DNA from: Mobula hypostoma
Taxonomy: Eukaryota
Length of the DNA stretch: 64,000 bases
Reading direction: 5' to 3'
NCBI RefSeq assembly: GCF_963921235.1
Contig: NC_086118.1
Span: forward strand, 27,158,001 to 27,222,000
Made by a program: the position numbers and the translations under genes. Each line of letters starts with the position of its first letter. Within the stretch, counting starts at the first letter, position 1. The notes beneath the pieces were generated by a model that worked only from the letters and a program-made list of their open reading frames with translations, searched no databases and was not told the DNA's origin. Positions 47,076 through 59,849 of this stretch are shown here, piece by piece.

Positions 47076-47559
47076 GCAAGTTGGATTTCATCCAGGGAAG
47101 ATATTTAAATGTTTTATTGGGTATTAGTCATTAAATTATCTCTTTATATTTTGTCAGGCATCATTCTATTCAATATTCACATCAGGTCATTTGCTTCATA
47201 TTTAAAAAAAAACATGCCCTTGCTCTAATTAAATGACTTTGAATAGCTTATTGTTCTAGTTTAAATCATAAGATGAATTTCTATTTAATAATTAATCTTT
47301 TCAGTAACTTCAGTATTCCCAGAGAGCCAGCTTGCCTTATCAAAAAACACCTTTTCATGGAAATTGGGATGAAACAGATAGCATTCATGATTAAGCATGT
47401 TTAAGAAAGTGGTGCTTTTACACTATTAGCAGAATAGGACTTTGATAAGAGCCTTTCTTAAACACTTATTTGCCTTCAGAAAAGACTAACTGGAAAAATT
47501 AATGCAGTTAATATAGCCTTTAGCCGGATCTAAATTGCTCTGCAGAACAGCAGCAGATT

Positions 47560-47850
47560 TCATCGCTCCCTAACGCCACACTCCCCAATCCACCACTAAA
47601 GTCCTGGTATTACCAACTTCTTCCTGTCTGTCATCCGATTTCTGAATGGCCAATGAACCCATGAAGAATACTTCATTGCATTATCAAAATTTTTATTTTT
47701 GCACTATTATTTAATTCAACTATTTAATACATACAAGAATACTGTAATTCACAGTTTTTTTTCTCTATTGTTATGTATTGCCTTGTACTGCTGCTGCAAA
47801 GACAACAAATTTCATGAAATATGTCAGTAATATTAAACTTGATGCTGATT
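47560..47850 (+). mobile_element. Rex1/Babar 3' end fragment
   Basis: CTTCTTCCTGTCTGTCATCCGATTTCTGAATGG...GAACCCATGAA and a 3' UTR homologous to 20430-20665. Confidence 0.7.
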
Positions 47851-48533
47851 ATATTTCAAATAATCTTTTTCTTAATTTAACCTTTTGGTTCATTTTAAAA
47901 ATGTTTTTCAACTAGCATCCGATCCAACAATAGTGGAAATAGTTTTTTTTAATATGCAGGAATTTGCTAACATGTAATCTGGAAATCTTTAATTACATGT
48001 GTTGTTAAGATTTTCTGCTTGAAGGGAAACAATTCCCATTTATCTTTCTAAGTAACCAACATTTTTCATCCCTGGCCTCAGTGTAATAAATCTCCTGCAT
48101 TCCTTTTTCTAAGCCTTGACGCTCTCTCTAACATGAGATCCTCAGTTTTAGCAAAAATATTTGAGTTGATGCTTAAGATATGATACATAAATATAGCAGA
48201 TTTTCCTTTGCATTTGTAATCTAAAGTTCCAATGTTTTACTTTAACAGTTATGAACTTACTCTTTCTAAGCTTCATATACTAGTATTCAGTATAACATTA
48301 GTTTGCTTAGACTGTGCAATCTAATCCTTCCTTTGAATTGCATTAATTTTCATGTTTTTGTCTGTCTGATTCAGCAGTCTGTCTCTGATTAAAGTGTAAA
48401 AAATGTTTATCACTGTGAACATGGTAAAGCTCAGGACAGCAGAATAGTGGGTTTAGTACAGTTACAACCGCACAGCTCCAACCACCTGGGTTCAATCCTG
48501 ATCACTAAAGTTTATTTTTTTTATTTAGAGAAA

Positions 48534-48558
48534 CAGTGCTGTGCAAAAGTTTTAGGCA
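48534..48558 (+). repeat. Tc1/mariner-MITE-like terminal sequence (second copy at 49431-49456)
   Basis: CAGT(G/A)CTGTGCAAAAGT(T/C)TTAGGCA occurs twice; the second copy is preceded by TA. Confidence 0.5.
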
Positions 48559-48759
48559 TATATACATCCAGCCCTGAGACACCAGGCAAGGCCATTTCAT
48601 TCCAAACAATTGGTTTATTGATCACGACAGAGAGATGCCTCTCTGCTGCTCCCCTCTCCCTTCTGCTTTTCCCTCTCCTTGCTCGCTTCCCGCTCTCAGC
48701 CCACAATAAAGACCCATCTCAGAATCAGGTTTATCATTGCTCACATATGACATGAATTT

Positions 48760-49372
48760 CCCAGTGGCCACACATTTTAATTCCACATCCCATTCCCATT
48801 CTGATATTCTGATATGTCTATCCACGGCCTCCTTTACTGTAAAGATGAAGCCACACTCAGGTTGGAGGAACAACACCTTATATTCCATCTGGGTAGCCTC
48901 CAACCTGATGGCATGAACACTGACTTCTTAAACTTCCGCTAATGCTCCACCTTCCCCTCGTACCCCATCCGTTATTTATTTATATACACATATTCTTTCT
49001 GTCTCTCCTTTTTCTCCCTCTGTCCCTCTCACTATACCCCTTGCCCATCCTCTGGGCTTTTTTCCCCCCTCCTCCTTTCTTTCTCCCTAGGCCTCCTGTC
49101 CCATGATCCCCTCATATCCCTTTTGCCAATCACCTGTCCAGCTCTTGGCTCCATCCCTCCCCCTCCTGTCTTCTCCTATCATTTTGGATCTCCCTCTCCC
49201 CCTCCCACTTTCAAATCTCTTACTAGCTCTTCCTTCAGTTAGTCCTGACGAAGGGTCTCGGCCTGAAACGTCGACTGTACCTCTTCCTAGAGATGCTGCC
49301 TGGCCTGCTGCGTTCACCAGCAACTTTGATGTGTGTTGCTTGAATTTCCAGCATCTGCAGAATTCCTCGTGT
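48760..49372 (+). mobile_element. Young PLE 3' insertion (GIY-YIG C-terminus + pLTR + tail) inside a Rex1-type tail
   Basis: PVATHFNSTSHSHSD...EATLRLEEQHLIFHLGSLQPDGMN. TSD TGACATGAATTT (48748-48759) / TGACGTGAATTT (49373-49384). Confidence 0.92.
49241..49276 (+). ncRNA. Minimal type I hammerhead ribozyme, intact core
   Basis: AGTC-CTGACGA-AGG-GTCTCGG-CCT-GAAA-CGTC-GACT; predicted cleavage is 3' of C49272. Confidence 0.82.
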
Positions 49373-49544
49373 TGACGTGAATTTTGTTTTTTTTTGTGGC
49401 AACAGTACAGTGCAAAACATAAAATTATTACAGTACTGTGCAAAAGTCTTAGGCACCCTAGCTACACATGTATTTCCACCCAGTGAGCTACACCTTCCCA
49501 CAACCGACCTACAGGTATTTAACCCTCGCCTAATCACACGATAA

Positions 49545-49740
49545 TTTACAGTGACTAATTAACTTAACAAATGGTATGTTTTTGGAACGTGGGAGGAAAC
49601 CAGAGCAACTGGAGGAAACACATGCACTCCTGGAGAAGACGTACAAACTCCTTACAGACAGTGTAGGAATTGAAGTCTGCACTCCGACGCCCGAGCTGTG
49701 GTATGGCATCGAGCTAACTGCTACGCTGCAATGGTGCCAT
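49545..49740 (-). mobile_element. V-SINE; a second decayed V-domain fragment follows on + at ~49750-49960
   Basis: TGGAACGTGGGAGGAAACCAGAGCAACTGGAGGAAAC...CGTACAAACTCCTTACAGACAG, as at 26060-26135. Confidence 0.8.
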
Positions 49741-50044
49741 CTGTTGCAGTCTGTGTAGAGTTTGCATTTAATTCCAGTGAGGGCATGGACTTTTCTAGGT
49801 TCCAGGTCCCACAGATATATGGGTTAGTGGGTGAATTGTGCTCTGTAAGTTGATTCTAGCGTGCAGGTGAATGGTAGAATCTGGAGGGAGTTGATGGTAA
49901 TATGGGAGGATGAGTGACAGGGAAAACTAATGGGGAAAGCGGATTGTGATGTGAACCTGCACAGACCTGCTGTTCTGAGAATGCCTCATTGTATTTCTTA
50001 AGGAAACATGGAAATACAGAAAAGAATGCTAATAGGTTATAGGA

Positions 50045-50470
50045 ACAGGCTGTGTATAAGAGGGGCTTCTAATTCCTGAGGAAACTGAAGTCCGTTGGAG
50101 TATGCAGGCCTCTCCTTCACATGCTCTACCAGTCTGTTGTCACCAGTACAATTTTCTAAGCAGTGGTGTGCTCGGGCAATGGTATCAACATGGGTGATGC
50201 CAACGGGCTCAATAAACTGATTAGGAAGGCTGGCTCTGTTGTAGGAGTCAAACTGAACATGCTGGAGGCTGTGGTAGAACAAAGGACCCTATGGAAAATC
50301 CTGGCAATTCTGGACAATGTTTCTCACCCTCTGCATGCCACCTTGGCTGAACAGAGGACCACTTTTAGTAGTAGACTAAGACAACTGCGCTGCTCCAAAG
50401 TGTGCTATATGAGGTCATTGTTACCCTCGGCCACTAGGCTCTATAATGAGTCAACCTATAGCCGGGGAAG
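50045..50470 (+). mobile_element. Rex1-like LINE C-terminal fragment (different subfamily)
   Basis: LRKLKS.GVCRPLLHMLYQSVV.S...DAN.LNKLIRKAGSVVG...AILDNVSHPLH...SSRLRQLRC...RSLLPSATRLYN. Confidence 0.78.
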
Positions 50471-52249
50471 TGATGACCCCCCTCCTGTTAGAATGTTATT
50501 AACCTCAGTTTACCAGATCTCTTTATAAGCTCTGTTTACCACACCCTGCTCTCGTGGACACCCTGCACAATCACAATACTGTGCAATACTACAATCACTG
50601 TGCATATGGAAGTAGTATAATTTCTGGCATTGCAGTACCAGATTCATTGTAGGGGATAAAGACCTGTACCAGCTCTGCATTTGGAAAGGATTTTCATGAA
50701 TAACTGTGAAAGCATGGAATGCAAGTCGTGGCCCAAAAAATAGTTGTAACAAAAAAGGAAAATATCCTGAGTGTTAATTTTGTGGGTTTCCATGTATGTT
50801 GGACACTGTCTGAGTCAGATGCAACAACTATTGTATATGCACCTTGGGGTTATGGAAGACTGAGAGATACCCAGGAACAATTGTGCAAAGGCAATTTGTA
50901 AGGGTGTTTTTTTTTGCCCAAGTTGTGATAATGGAGAGAGGATTGGGGAGATGGTGCAGGGGATCAGGTAGGGGGAGATGACCAAGGGTGAGCTTGATAG
51001 ACTGGGTGAGACGGGGGTGGGGGGGGGAGCACTGGACACGAGATTACAAGGAGTGTTACTCTGATGATGGGGAAAATTGATGCAATTTAGGATTAGAATA
51101 TAATATACACTGATATGGGTAGAAAGCTCACTTGTAAATCTGGAAGTGTACACAATGAAGTATAAAGTTTGGCCTTTATAAAACTGATCCAAAATTGCAA
51201 TTCCCACAGCCCCATGAATGATGAAGCTGTATCACCAAAGCTTTGACCCTTTCATGTTTTTATCCTGTTTGCATAGAACTTCTTCAATATAGTTACAAGA
51301 TTTACTCTTCAACTCATTAACGAAACAAGTTAAATAATATTTTGTAAGGCAATATCAGAAAGTATTATTTAAAATATAGAGTGAATTAAGATTGCCTCAC
51401 CTTATTCAATTTTATCCATGACCTCTAACAAACATTAATTTAAGACAAAATTTGATTCCAAATATATAGTACCTCATGAGACAATCCAATTGACAGGGGT
51501 TTGTGTGTCAAGTGCAGGCCAAATTAATATTCATCAGCACACCACTTTAATGAGCATATGGCTTGCATCCACAGAGGCATGTTAAATTTTGATAAGCTTT
51601 CTTTCTAAAACGACATAGCCTGAAAAAATTCGAGTCCATTAAGCTAACCTCCTTGAATAAACTTAATAATTTGATTGATGCTGTCTTTTTAGTTGCATTA
51701 GCAGCCATAATTATTTTTGGATGATAAATACGAATAGAGTGAAATAAAATAATCATAATTGAATTCAATAAATATGGAATAAATTTAGCCAAAATTAGAA
51801 CAGTAATTACATTTATAAACTGTGATATAAATCTAAGCTAATTGCTCTCTTCTTCTTAGACAATCCATAAAGGTCGAGGTTGACTTGCCTCCACCTCAGT
51901 TCTGAGGAGAAAATATTGCATGTGTATGAATTCTTATAACATGGCAAGGCTGTTGCACACCAGCAACCTCACAAACTTGACAGAATGCAGCCAAGATCCA
52001 TGATGACTGAAGACATGACTCTGTTGTACCACCTTAGTATGTACACTTATGTTGACATACACAAAATCTTTGATAATCTTCATAAGCACACTCTGATCAC
52101 ATACATACAGACTCATGCATTGCCTTGCTTGCATCATTTTCCTTGCATGAAGGATAAGCAAGTTTGACATAAAACATTAGCTGTTTCCGCTCCCGTAAAT
52201 GCAGCTGTACCTACTGAGAACTTCTGTATGTTTAAGAACTAAGTAATGA

Positions 52250-53400
52250 TTCAGTTCTCTTTTAGAAATCATAGTCAACTCTTCCCTGGTCTCCTCAGGC
52301 AATAGATTCCAGATGCTAACCACTTGCTGTTAAAAAGCTGTTACCTAATGGTGCATTTGATTCCTTTACTGATCACCTTGTATCTTGCAAATGGGAACAA
52401 TTTCTCTTTATAGCTAGCTCAGCAAATATTCAAAGTACCTCTATCACATCACTTCTCAATCTACTGCATCCTAAAATAAATCCTTCTCTCCTCCCTATTC
52501 TGACCCCATAAATTTGTCATTCCAGTAAATCACCCTTTCCAATGTCTTACATGGTACAGTAAGACCAGAACTGTTTAAAATACTCATTTGTGGTTGACCC
52601 AAAATTGTACGAAGGTTCATGGTAGCTTCCTCACTTCTGCTTTTTACTCTGCCTCTGTTAACAAACTCTGGGTTCCTGGATGCTTGTGACCTGGCTAGAT
52701 GTTTACTTGTTCTCCCTGGTAAGATCTGATTTCAACATTCCTTCAGCTATGTTTGAAGTCTTCTATGGGAAATTGAAAGCTTCCAATGAATCAGCATACA
52801 CTGAATACTTCATGCACTGAATATAGTTTTACTCCAGTCCTTTGCTGTGAATATTTTAATAACACAACACCCTATACTCTCTACTTCTGAATCCTTATTG
52901 CTTGTCTCCTTATTCTTCATGTATCATGTCATATTTTCCTCCGTTAAACTTCATCTGGGGTGTTGTCTACCCTATACACAGGTCTGCCTTTTCTTTAATT
53001 CTGGCAATAACTTCATGATTATTGTCTGTTCTTCCAAATTTTATGCCATCTATACATTATGAAATTTTCTTTTGTGCACTCAAGTTATTAATTTATGTCA
53101 ATAAAGCAACGTCCCAGCACTGGCTCATGGGAGACACAATTGTCCATCTTATTCCACACTGAAATGAAAACAATCATTCACCAGTATTCTCCATTGTTTG
53201 TTCATTAGCTGATTCTTTTTCTCCAGGGCTGACGTTTTATTGAAAAGACTATAGCATTTATCAAATGCCTTTGGAATTACGTACACTTCACATCACATCA
53301 ATTGCATTAAGCTCATTCATAATCTTTATTATGCCATGAAAGAATGTAGTTAAGTTAGTTCAGCATAATTCACCTTTTACAGAGCAGCATTGCCTTATTT
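52250..53400 (-). mobile_element. Very old CR1-like remnant
   Basis: Scattered reverse-complement matches to CR1 motifs (CCAGAACTG...AATACTC, GTCCCAGCACTGG.TC.TGGG, TTTATCAAATGCCTTTGGAA). Confidence 0.5.
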
Positions 53401-53989
53401 CAAAGGTTCAAAGGTTCATTTTATTATCAAGGTATGTATACTGAGTACAACTCTGAGATTTGTCTTCTCCAGATAGCCATGAAATACAGAAAAACTATGG
53501 AAGTTGTTGAAAGAAAAACTATCAACTTCCCACATGACAAAGAGAAAGAAACAAAAACGTGCAAACCCCAAAACCCCCAACCCCTCCTTCACACAAAAAC
53601 TATCAGATCACCCACTGGAAAACACCAGCTAGAACATCAAATACCAAACCCCCAAACACACCCCCTTGCATTTCCCCCCCGAGGAAAAAACAGTGACAAT
53701 AACATCAAACCCCCAATTCCCCCTCACGCAAACAAAAAAATGAACAAATCCCCTTCATGGAAAAAACACCAGTAAGAACATCAGAACCCAATTCCCCAAC
53801 CCCTCCCTCACACAAAAACCAACCTATCACCCACAGGGACAGCAAACTTCCAAATCCCAAACCCCAATTCGCCAATCAGCAACAAGATAGAAAACACAGA
53901 AAGCTGACGGAGACCAATATAAACTACAGTCCACACCAACAATCACATAAATCTCAGAAGTTTGAAAACATTCTCCGCCTGGTTTGAGG

Positions 53990-54486
53990 AGAATAGAAAA
54001 GGTAATGGCCCAGTTCTTCACAAATAGAGCACTTCCTACCATTGAGCACATCTACATGAATCATCACTGTAGAAAAGCAGCTTCAAAGATCCTCTCCACC
54101 CAGGCTATGCTCTTTTCTCACTGCTGCCATCAGGTAGAAGGTTCAAGTGCCTCGGGACTCGCACTACCAGGTTCAAGAACAACTACTACCCCTCAACCAT
54201 CAGGCTCTTGAGTAAAAGGGATAATTACAGTCATTCTATTTCTGGTGTTCCCACAGCAGATTGTCTCATTTTAAGGACTCTTTATCTTGTTATTTCATGC
54301 TCTCATTATTAATTGCTATTTATTTATATTAGCATTTCAACAGTTTGTTGTTCATTGATCCTGTTTATAGTTACTGTTCTATAGATTGGCTAAGTATTCC
54401 TGCAGAAAATAGAATCTCAGGGTTGTATGTGGTGACCTCTATGTGTTCTGATAATAAATTTTACTTTGAACATTTGAACTTTGAAC
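53990..54486 (+). mobile_element. Rex1/Babar 3' fragment
   Basis: ALPTIEHIY...C RKAAS, PGYALFSLLPSGRRFKCLGTRTTRFKNNYYPSTIRLL; tail AATAAATTTTAC(TTTGAAC)n. Confidence 0.82.
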
Positions 54487-54775
54487 GATGACTGGTAGTG
54501 ATGGAGAAGCCTTCAGAAATAACATCTGAGACAGAAATGGAGTTAAACTGATAAAGCTAAAGCTGCCGACATTATCTTTAGTTCCTACTTTGGACAAGGA
54601 TGTGGGATTATGAAGCGACTCCAGGTCCTTCCAGGCTTTTGAATACCTGACGTATCAAATGTTCAGGAGACCTGCCAGGAGGGATGTGGGGCTGCAGGCA
54701 TCTTCTGCTGTGTGGGAACTCAGTTCAAGGCCACATTTCTGACTTGCAAAATGCAACACCTGCTCTACGTGTTTT

Positions 54776-55432
54776 TTATAAAAGACTTGGATGAGGAAGT
54801 GAAATGGTGGGCTTTAGTAAGTTTGCAGATGACATAAAGGTTAGTAGTGTTGTAGATGGTACAGAGGTTTTTGTAGGTTACAAAGGGACTTAGAGAGGAT
54901 GCAAAGCTGTGCTGAGAAGTGGCAGATGTTGAAATGTGTGATTTGTTGGTTGAACTGGAAGGCAAAGTACAAAGTTAATGACAGGATTGTTAACAGTGGG
55001 GAGGAACAGAGGGATCTTGAGGTCAAAGCCCACAAATCCCTTGAAATTGCTACACAAAATAATATGGTGGTTAATAAGGTATATGCTGTATTGGCCTTCA
55101 TTAGTTGGGTGATTGATTTCAAGGGCTGCGTGGTCATGTTGTAGCTCTGGAAAAGTCTGATTGGACCACACTTGAAGCTTTGTTCAGGAATGTGGAAGCA
55201 TCACAGAGTGTGCAGAGGAGATTTACCAAGATGCTGCCTGTGTTAGAGAGAATGTCTTATGAATAAAGGCCTAGGCCTTTCAACGTTCAAAAGGCTTCAA
55301 TGAGACCCCTGTTCATCCTTCTAAATTCCAGCGAATACAGACCCAGAGCCATCAAACTTTCTTTGTATGATAACCATTTTGTTCCCGGAATCATCCTTGT
55401 GAATCTCCTCTGAACTCTCTCCAATGCCAGCA
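54776..55432. mobile_element. CR1 RT fragments: plus 54776-~55270 abutting a minus piece ~55288-55432
   Basis: KFADD, AEKWQM and EEQRDL.V on the plus strand; LALERVQRRFTRMIPG...LGLYSLEFRRM on the minus strand. Confidence 0.8.
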
Positions 55433-55781
55433 TCGATGCATACTGAAGAATTGAAAGAGGAAAACCAAACACAACCTTTTGCTTTTGCTTCGCAATGGAT
55501 TACAAATGTATCCAGCCACTTGTACAATGGGCCAGAATTAATTGTGGCAGGTAAAAAATAAGCATTGATTACTTGAAGGATATTCCTTCATTCATTTAAT
55601 TTTAATGGACAATTGTAGCTGGAACTGCTGATGGTAGGGAGACGAATGGAGCTGCTGAAACTAGGGAGGCATTCTTTACAAGTTAGTCGAGATCAATATG
55701 AACGTAGTATTTAGTTCTGTGCTTCTTTACCCAAGTGGACTGAAGTAGTGTTATGGAAGAGAGTAAATTTTGTACCAGGAA

Positions 55782-55840
55782 TCTACCTATCTATTTATTT
55801 ATCTATTTATCTATCTATCTATTTGTTTATTTATTCATTT
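55782..55840. repeat. Imperfect (TATC/TATT)n microsatellite
   Basis: Visible tetranucleotide repeat. Confidence 0.85.
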
Positions 55841-56944
55841 AGAGATACAACAAAGAACAGACCTTTCTGTAAGTATTATACCACCAAGAATCTGCGTCCA
55901 TGCAGCCTAACAGAGTGACACATCTTAAATAACAACTCCTGCATCTTCATGCTAACCTTTTCATCTGGTGTATCTGTGGTTGTTGTCCAATTGTAAATAT
56001 TTGAAGGTGCTGTTAGCCTTTCTGTTATTTTCATGCTATTTAATTACCTCTTTTGAGAGTAGATGATGACAATGTTTGCAGACACAACCATCTGCAACCA
56101 GCAGTGAGGTGAATGGCCAGTTCTTCCCTCACAAGAATCACCATTTCTGTCTCCATGAAGCTGCCTAAACTGATGAATATGATCAGCATTTTCTGTTTTG
56201 GGTTCACATCTAGATCATTCATGGATATTTTGCTGTTCAGCTGTTTTCACTGCAGTTGGTTAAGATTAAGCATTCAAATGAGCATCATAAAGATTATTTG
56301 CTTCTCATTATACACTGCTGCAATGTACTTAAGATGCATGTGCCACTTCTGGTAGGAAATAGAGCCTTAGTTTATCTGATAACTTGAAGTTTACTGGAGT
56401 GTCAATTTCCGTTTAATATTCAGTCCTGAATTATTTCCAAAGGGCAACTTGTGAACAAGGCTCAAATGGTTTCCTACAGGACATGAGTAACTTTTATTCT
56501 TTTGGTGAAACTTTGATCAGGAACCACCTTGCAAAACCAGTGAATTCTGGTATGATGCAGATTATGATAGTTGAGGGTTATTTTCATAATTGAAAGTCTA
56601 TGACCATTGTGATTGATGCTGGGGAGTTATGAATCTGAATGGGTGGCCAAGATTAGGGGGTTAATGCTCTTGTATTGTTTAGTAGGCAGTGAAATGTTCC
56701 CTCAATTTAAAATTTTAATTATGATTAATGCTGACAGTGTTTTTTTCCCTCTGTCAGCTGGTATCTTGTTTCAGTAAATGCTTTACATTCCATCTGTTAT
56801 CTTCAAAATCAGTTCTTTTTTCAAAGTGGAAAGAAACTGTGCAGCGCCTTTCAAAAATAAATTAGCCTGTATCTGATACAGTCTCTGCTGGAAAATTAAC
56901 ACTGTGCCCCAGGAAACCATCATAGACTGGAGAGACAGATTGAG

Positions 56945-57150
56945 TCTTATTTTTATGTCTCGTCTCTGAATCAACACTTCTGAGAGTGCAGCACTGTCTC
57001 ATCTTTTGGATGAGATCTTGAATATGAGGCCCATCTTCCTGCTCAGTTTGGCATAAGAGCACAGATTTGTTCTGTGGTTCTGGGCAGTACTCCTTCACCG
57101 AAAACAGATACCTTGATCATTCGCTCTTCTCATAGATTGTGGGATCAAGT
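56945..57150. mobile_element. Decayed Deu-domain SINE pieces (inverted piece ~56945-57000, then forward piece)
   Basis: TCTTTTGGATGAGATCTTGAATATGAGGCCCATCT resembles the DeuSINE motif GTCTTTCGGATGAGACGTTAAACCGAGG. The preceding GTCTCGTCTCTGAA...GAGTGCAGCACT is its reverse-complement counterpart. Confidence 0.55.
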
Positions 57151-57329
57151 AACCTTTGTTATAATACACACAACAATCTGAGTATTCAAATCACTTGAAT
57201 CCTAGGGGGACCAATATCCTGGCGGGGAGATTTGCGAGGGCTACTGAGGTGACTTTAAACTAGAATGGTTGCGGGGTGGGAATCAAATGAAAGAGACTCG
57301 GAGAGAGGAGGTTAGTTCACAACAGGGGG

Positions 57330-58358
57330 ATGGGAACAAGTGCAGAGACAGAGGGGTGTAAAATGAGGGTAGAAGCAAAAAGTAGTAAGGTGAAAAGTAA
57401 AAGTGGCAGGCCGGGAAATCCAGGGCAAAAATCAAAAAGGGCCACTTTTCAACATAATTGTATAAGGGCTAAGAGTGTTGTAAAAGCGAGCCTGAAGGCT
57501 TTGTGTGTCAATGCAAGGAGCATTCGTAACAAGGTGGATGAATTAAAAGTGCAGATTGTTATTAATGAATATGTTATAGTTGGGATCACAGAGACATGGC
57601 TCCAGGGTGACCAAGGATGGGAGCGCAACATTCAGGGATATTCAATATTCAGGAGGGATAGACATGAAAGAAAAGGAGGTGGGGTAGCATTGCTGGCTAG
57701 AGAGGAGATTAACGCAATAGAAAGGAAGGACACTAGCCGGGAGGATGTGGAATCGATATGGGTAGAGCTGTATAACACTAAGGGGCAGAAAACGCTGGTG
57801 GGAGTTGTGTATAGGCCACCTAACAGTAGTAGTGAGGTTGGGGACGGCATTGAACAGGATATTAGAAATGCGTGCAATAAAGGAACAGCAGTTATAATGC
57901 GTGACTTCAATCTACATATAGATTGGGCGAACCAAATTGGTAAGGGTGCTGAGGAAGAGGATTTCTTGGAATGTATGCGGGATGGTTTTTTGAACCAACA
58001 TGTCGAGGAACCAACTAGAGAGCAGGCCATTCTAGACTGGGTAATGAGCAATGAGGAAGGGTTAATTAGCGATCTTGTCGTGAGAGGGCCTTTGGGTAAG
58101 AGTGACCATAATATGGTGGAATTCTTCATTAAGATGGAGAGTGACATAGTTAATTCAGAAACAAAGGTTCTGAACTTAAAGAAGGGTAACTTTGAAGGTA
58201 TGAGATGTGAATTAGCTAAGATAGACTGGCAAATGATACTTAAAGGGTTGACGGTGTTTATGCAATGGCAAGCATTTAAAGATCGCATGGATGAACTACA
58301 ACAATTGTTCATCCCAGTTTGGCAAAAGAATACATCAGGGAAGGTAGTGCACCCATGA
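57330..58358 (+). pseudogene. CR1 apurinic-like endonuclease domain (342 aa open, premature stop)
   Basis: CVNARSIRNKVDEL, IVGITETWL, RKGGGVALL, GVVYRPPN, MRDFN, ILDWV and LGKSDHN. Confidence 0.92.
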
Positions 58359-59849
58359 CTGACAAGGGAAATTAGGGATAGTATCAATTCCAAAGAAGAA
58401 ACATACAAATTAGCCAGAAAAAGCAGCTCACCTGAGGACTGGGAGAAATTCGGAGTCCAGCAGAGGAGGACAAAGGGCTTAATTAGGAAAGGGAAAAAAA
58501 GATTATGAGAGAAAACTGGCAGGGAACATAAAAACTGACTGTAAAAGCTTTTACAGATATGTGAAAAGAAAAAGATTGGTTAAGGCAAATGTAGGTCCCC
58601 TACAGACAGAAACAGCTGAATTGATTATGGGGAGCAAAGCCATGGCAGACCAATTGAATAACTACCTTGGTTCTGTCTTCACTAAGGAGGACATAAATAA
58701 TCTTCCGGAAATAGTAGGGGACAGAGGGTCGAGTGAGATGGAGGAACTGAGGGAAATACATGTTAGTAGGGAAGTGGTGTTAGAAAAATTGAAGGGATTA
58801 AAGGCAGATAAATTCCCAGGGCCAGATGGTCTGCATCTGCATCCCAGAGTGCTTAAGGAAGTAGCCCAAGAAATAGTGGATGCATTAGTGATAATTTTTC
58901 AAAACTCTTTAGATTCTGAACTAGTTCCTCAGGATTAGACGGTGGCTAATGTAACCCCACTTTTTAAAAAAGGGGGGAGAGAAACCGGGGAATTATAGAC
59001 CGGTTGGCCTAACTTCGGTGGTGGGGAAAATGCTAGAGTCAGTTATGAAAGATGTGATAACAGCACATTTGGAAAGCAGTGAAATCATTGGACAAAGTCA
59101 GCATGGATTTGTGAAAGGAAAATCATGTCTGACGAATCTCATAGAATTTTTTTGAGGATGTAACTAGTAGAGTGGATAGGGGAGAACCAGTGGATGTGGT
59201 ATATTTGGATTTTCAAAAGGCTTTTGACAAGGTCCCACACAGGAGATTAGTGGGCAAACTTAAAGCACACGGTATTGGGGGTAAGGTATTGATGTGGATA
59301 GAGAATTGGTTGGCAGACAGGAAGCAAAGAGTGGGAATAAATGGGACCTTTTCAGAATGGCGGGCAGTGACTAGTGGGGTACCGCAAGGCTCAGTGCTGG
59401 GACCCCAATTGTCTACAATATATAGTATGACTTAGATGAGGGAATTAAATGCAGCATCTCCAAGCTTGCGGATGACACGAAGCTGGGCGGCAGTGTTAGC
59501 TGTGAGGAGGATGCTAAGAGGATGCAGGGTGACTTGGATAGGTTAGGTGAGTGGGCAAATTCATGGCAGATGCAATTTAATGTGGATAAATGTGAGGTTA
59601 TCCACTTTGGTGGCAAAAACAGTAAAACAGATTATTATCTGAATGGTGGCCGATTAGGAAAAGGGGAGGTGCAATGAGACCTGGGTGTCATTATACACCA
59701 GTCATTGAAAGTGGGCATGCAGGTACAGCAGGCGGTGAAAAAGGCGAATGGTATGCTGGCATTCATAGCAAGAGGATTCGCGTACAGGAGCAGGGAGGTA
59801 CTACTGCAGTTGTACAAGGCCTTGGTGAGACCACACCTGGGGTATTGTT

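Noticed and set aside
53434..53987. Pro/Lys/Asn-rich ORFs
   Set aside because: A/C-rich low-complexity sequence next to a LINE-type tail.
57632..58408. 258-aa minus ORF (likewise 15867-16439 and 29712-30131)
   Set aside because: Antisense to CR1 ORF2, with no independent features.
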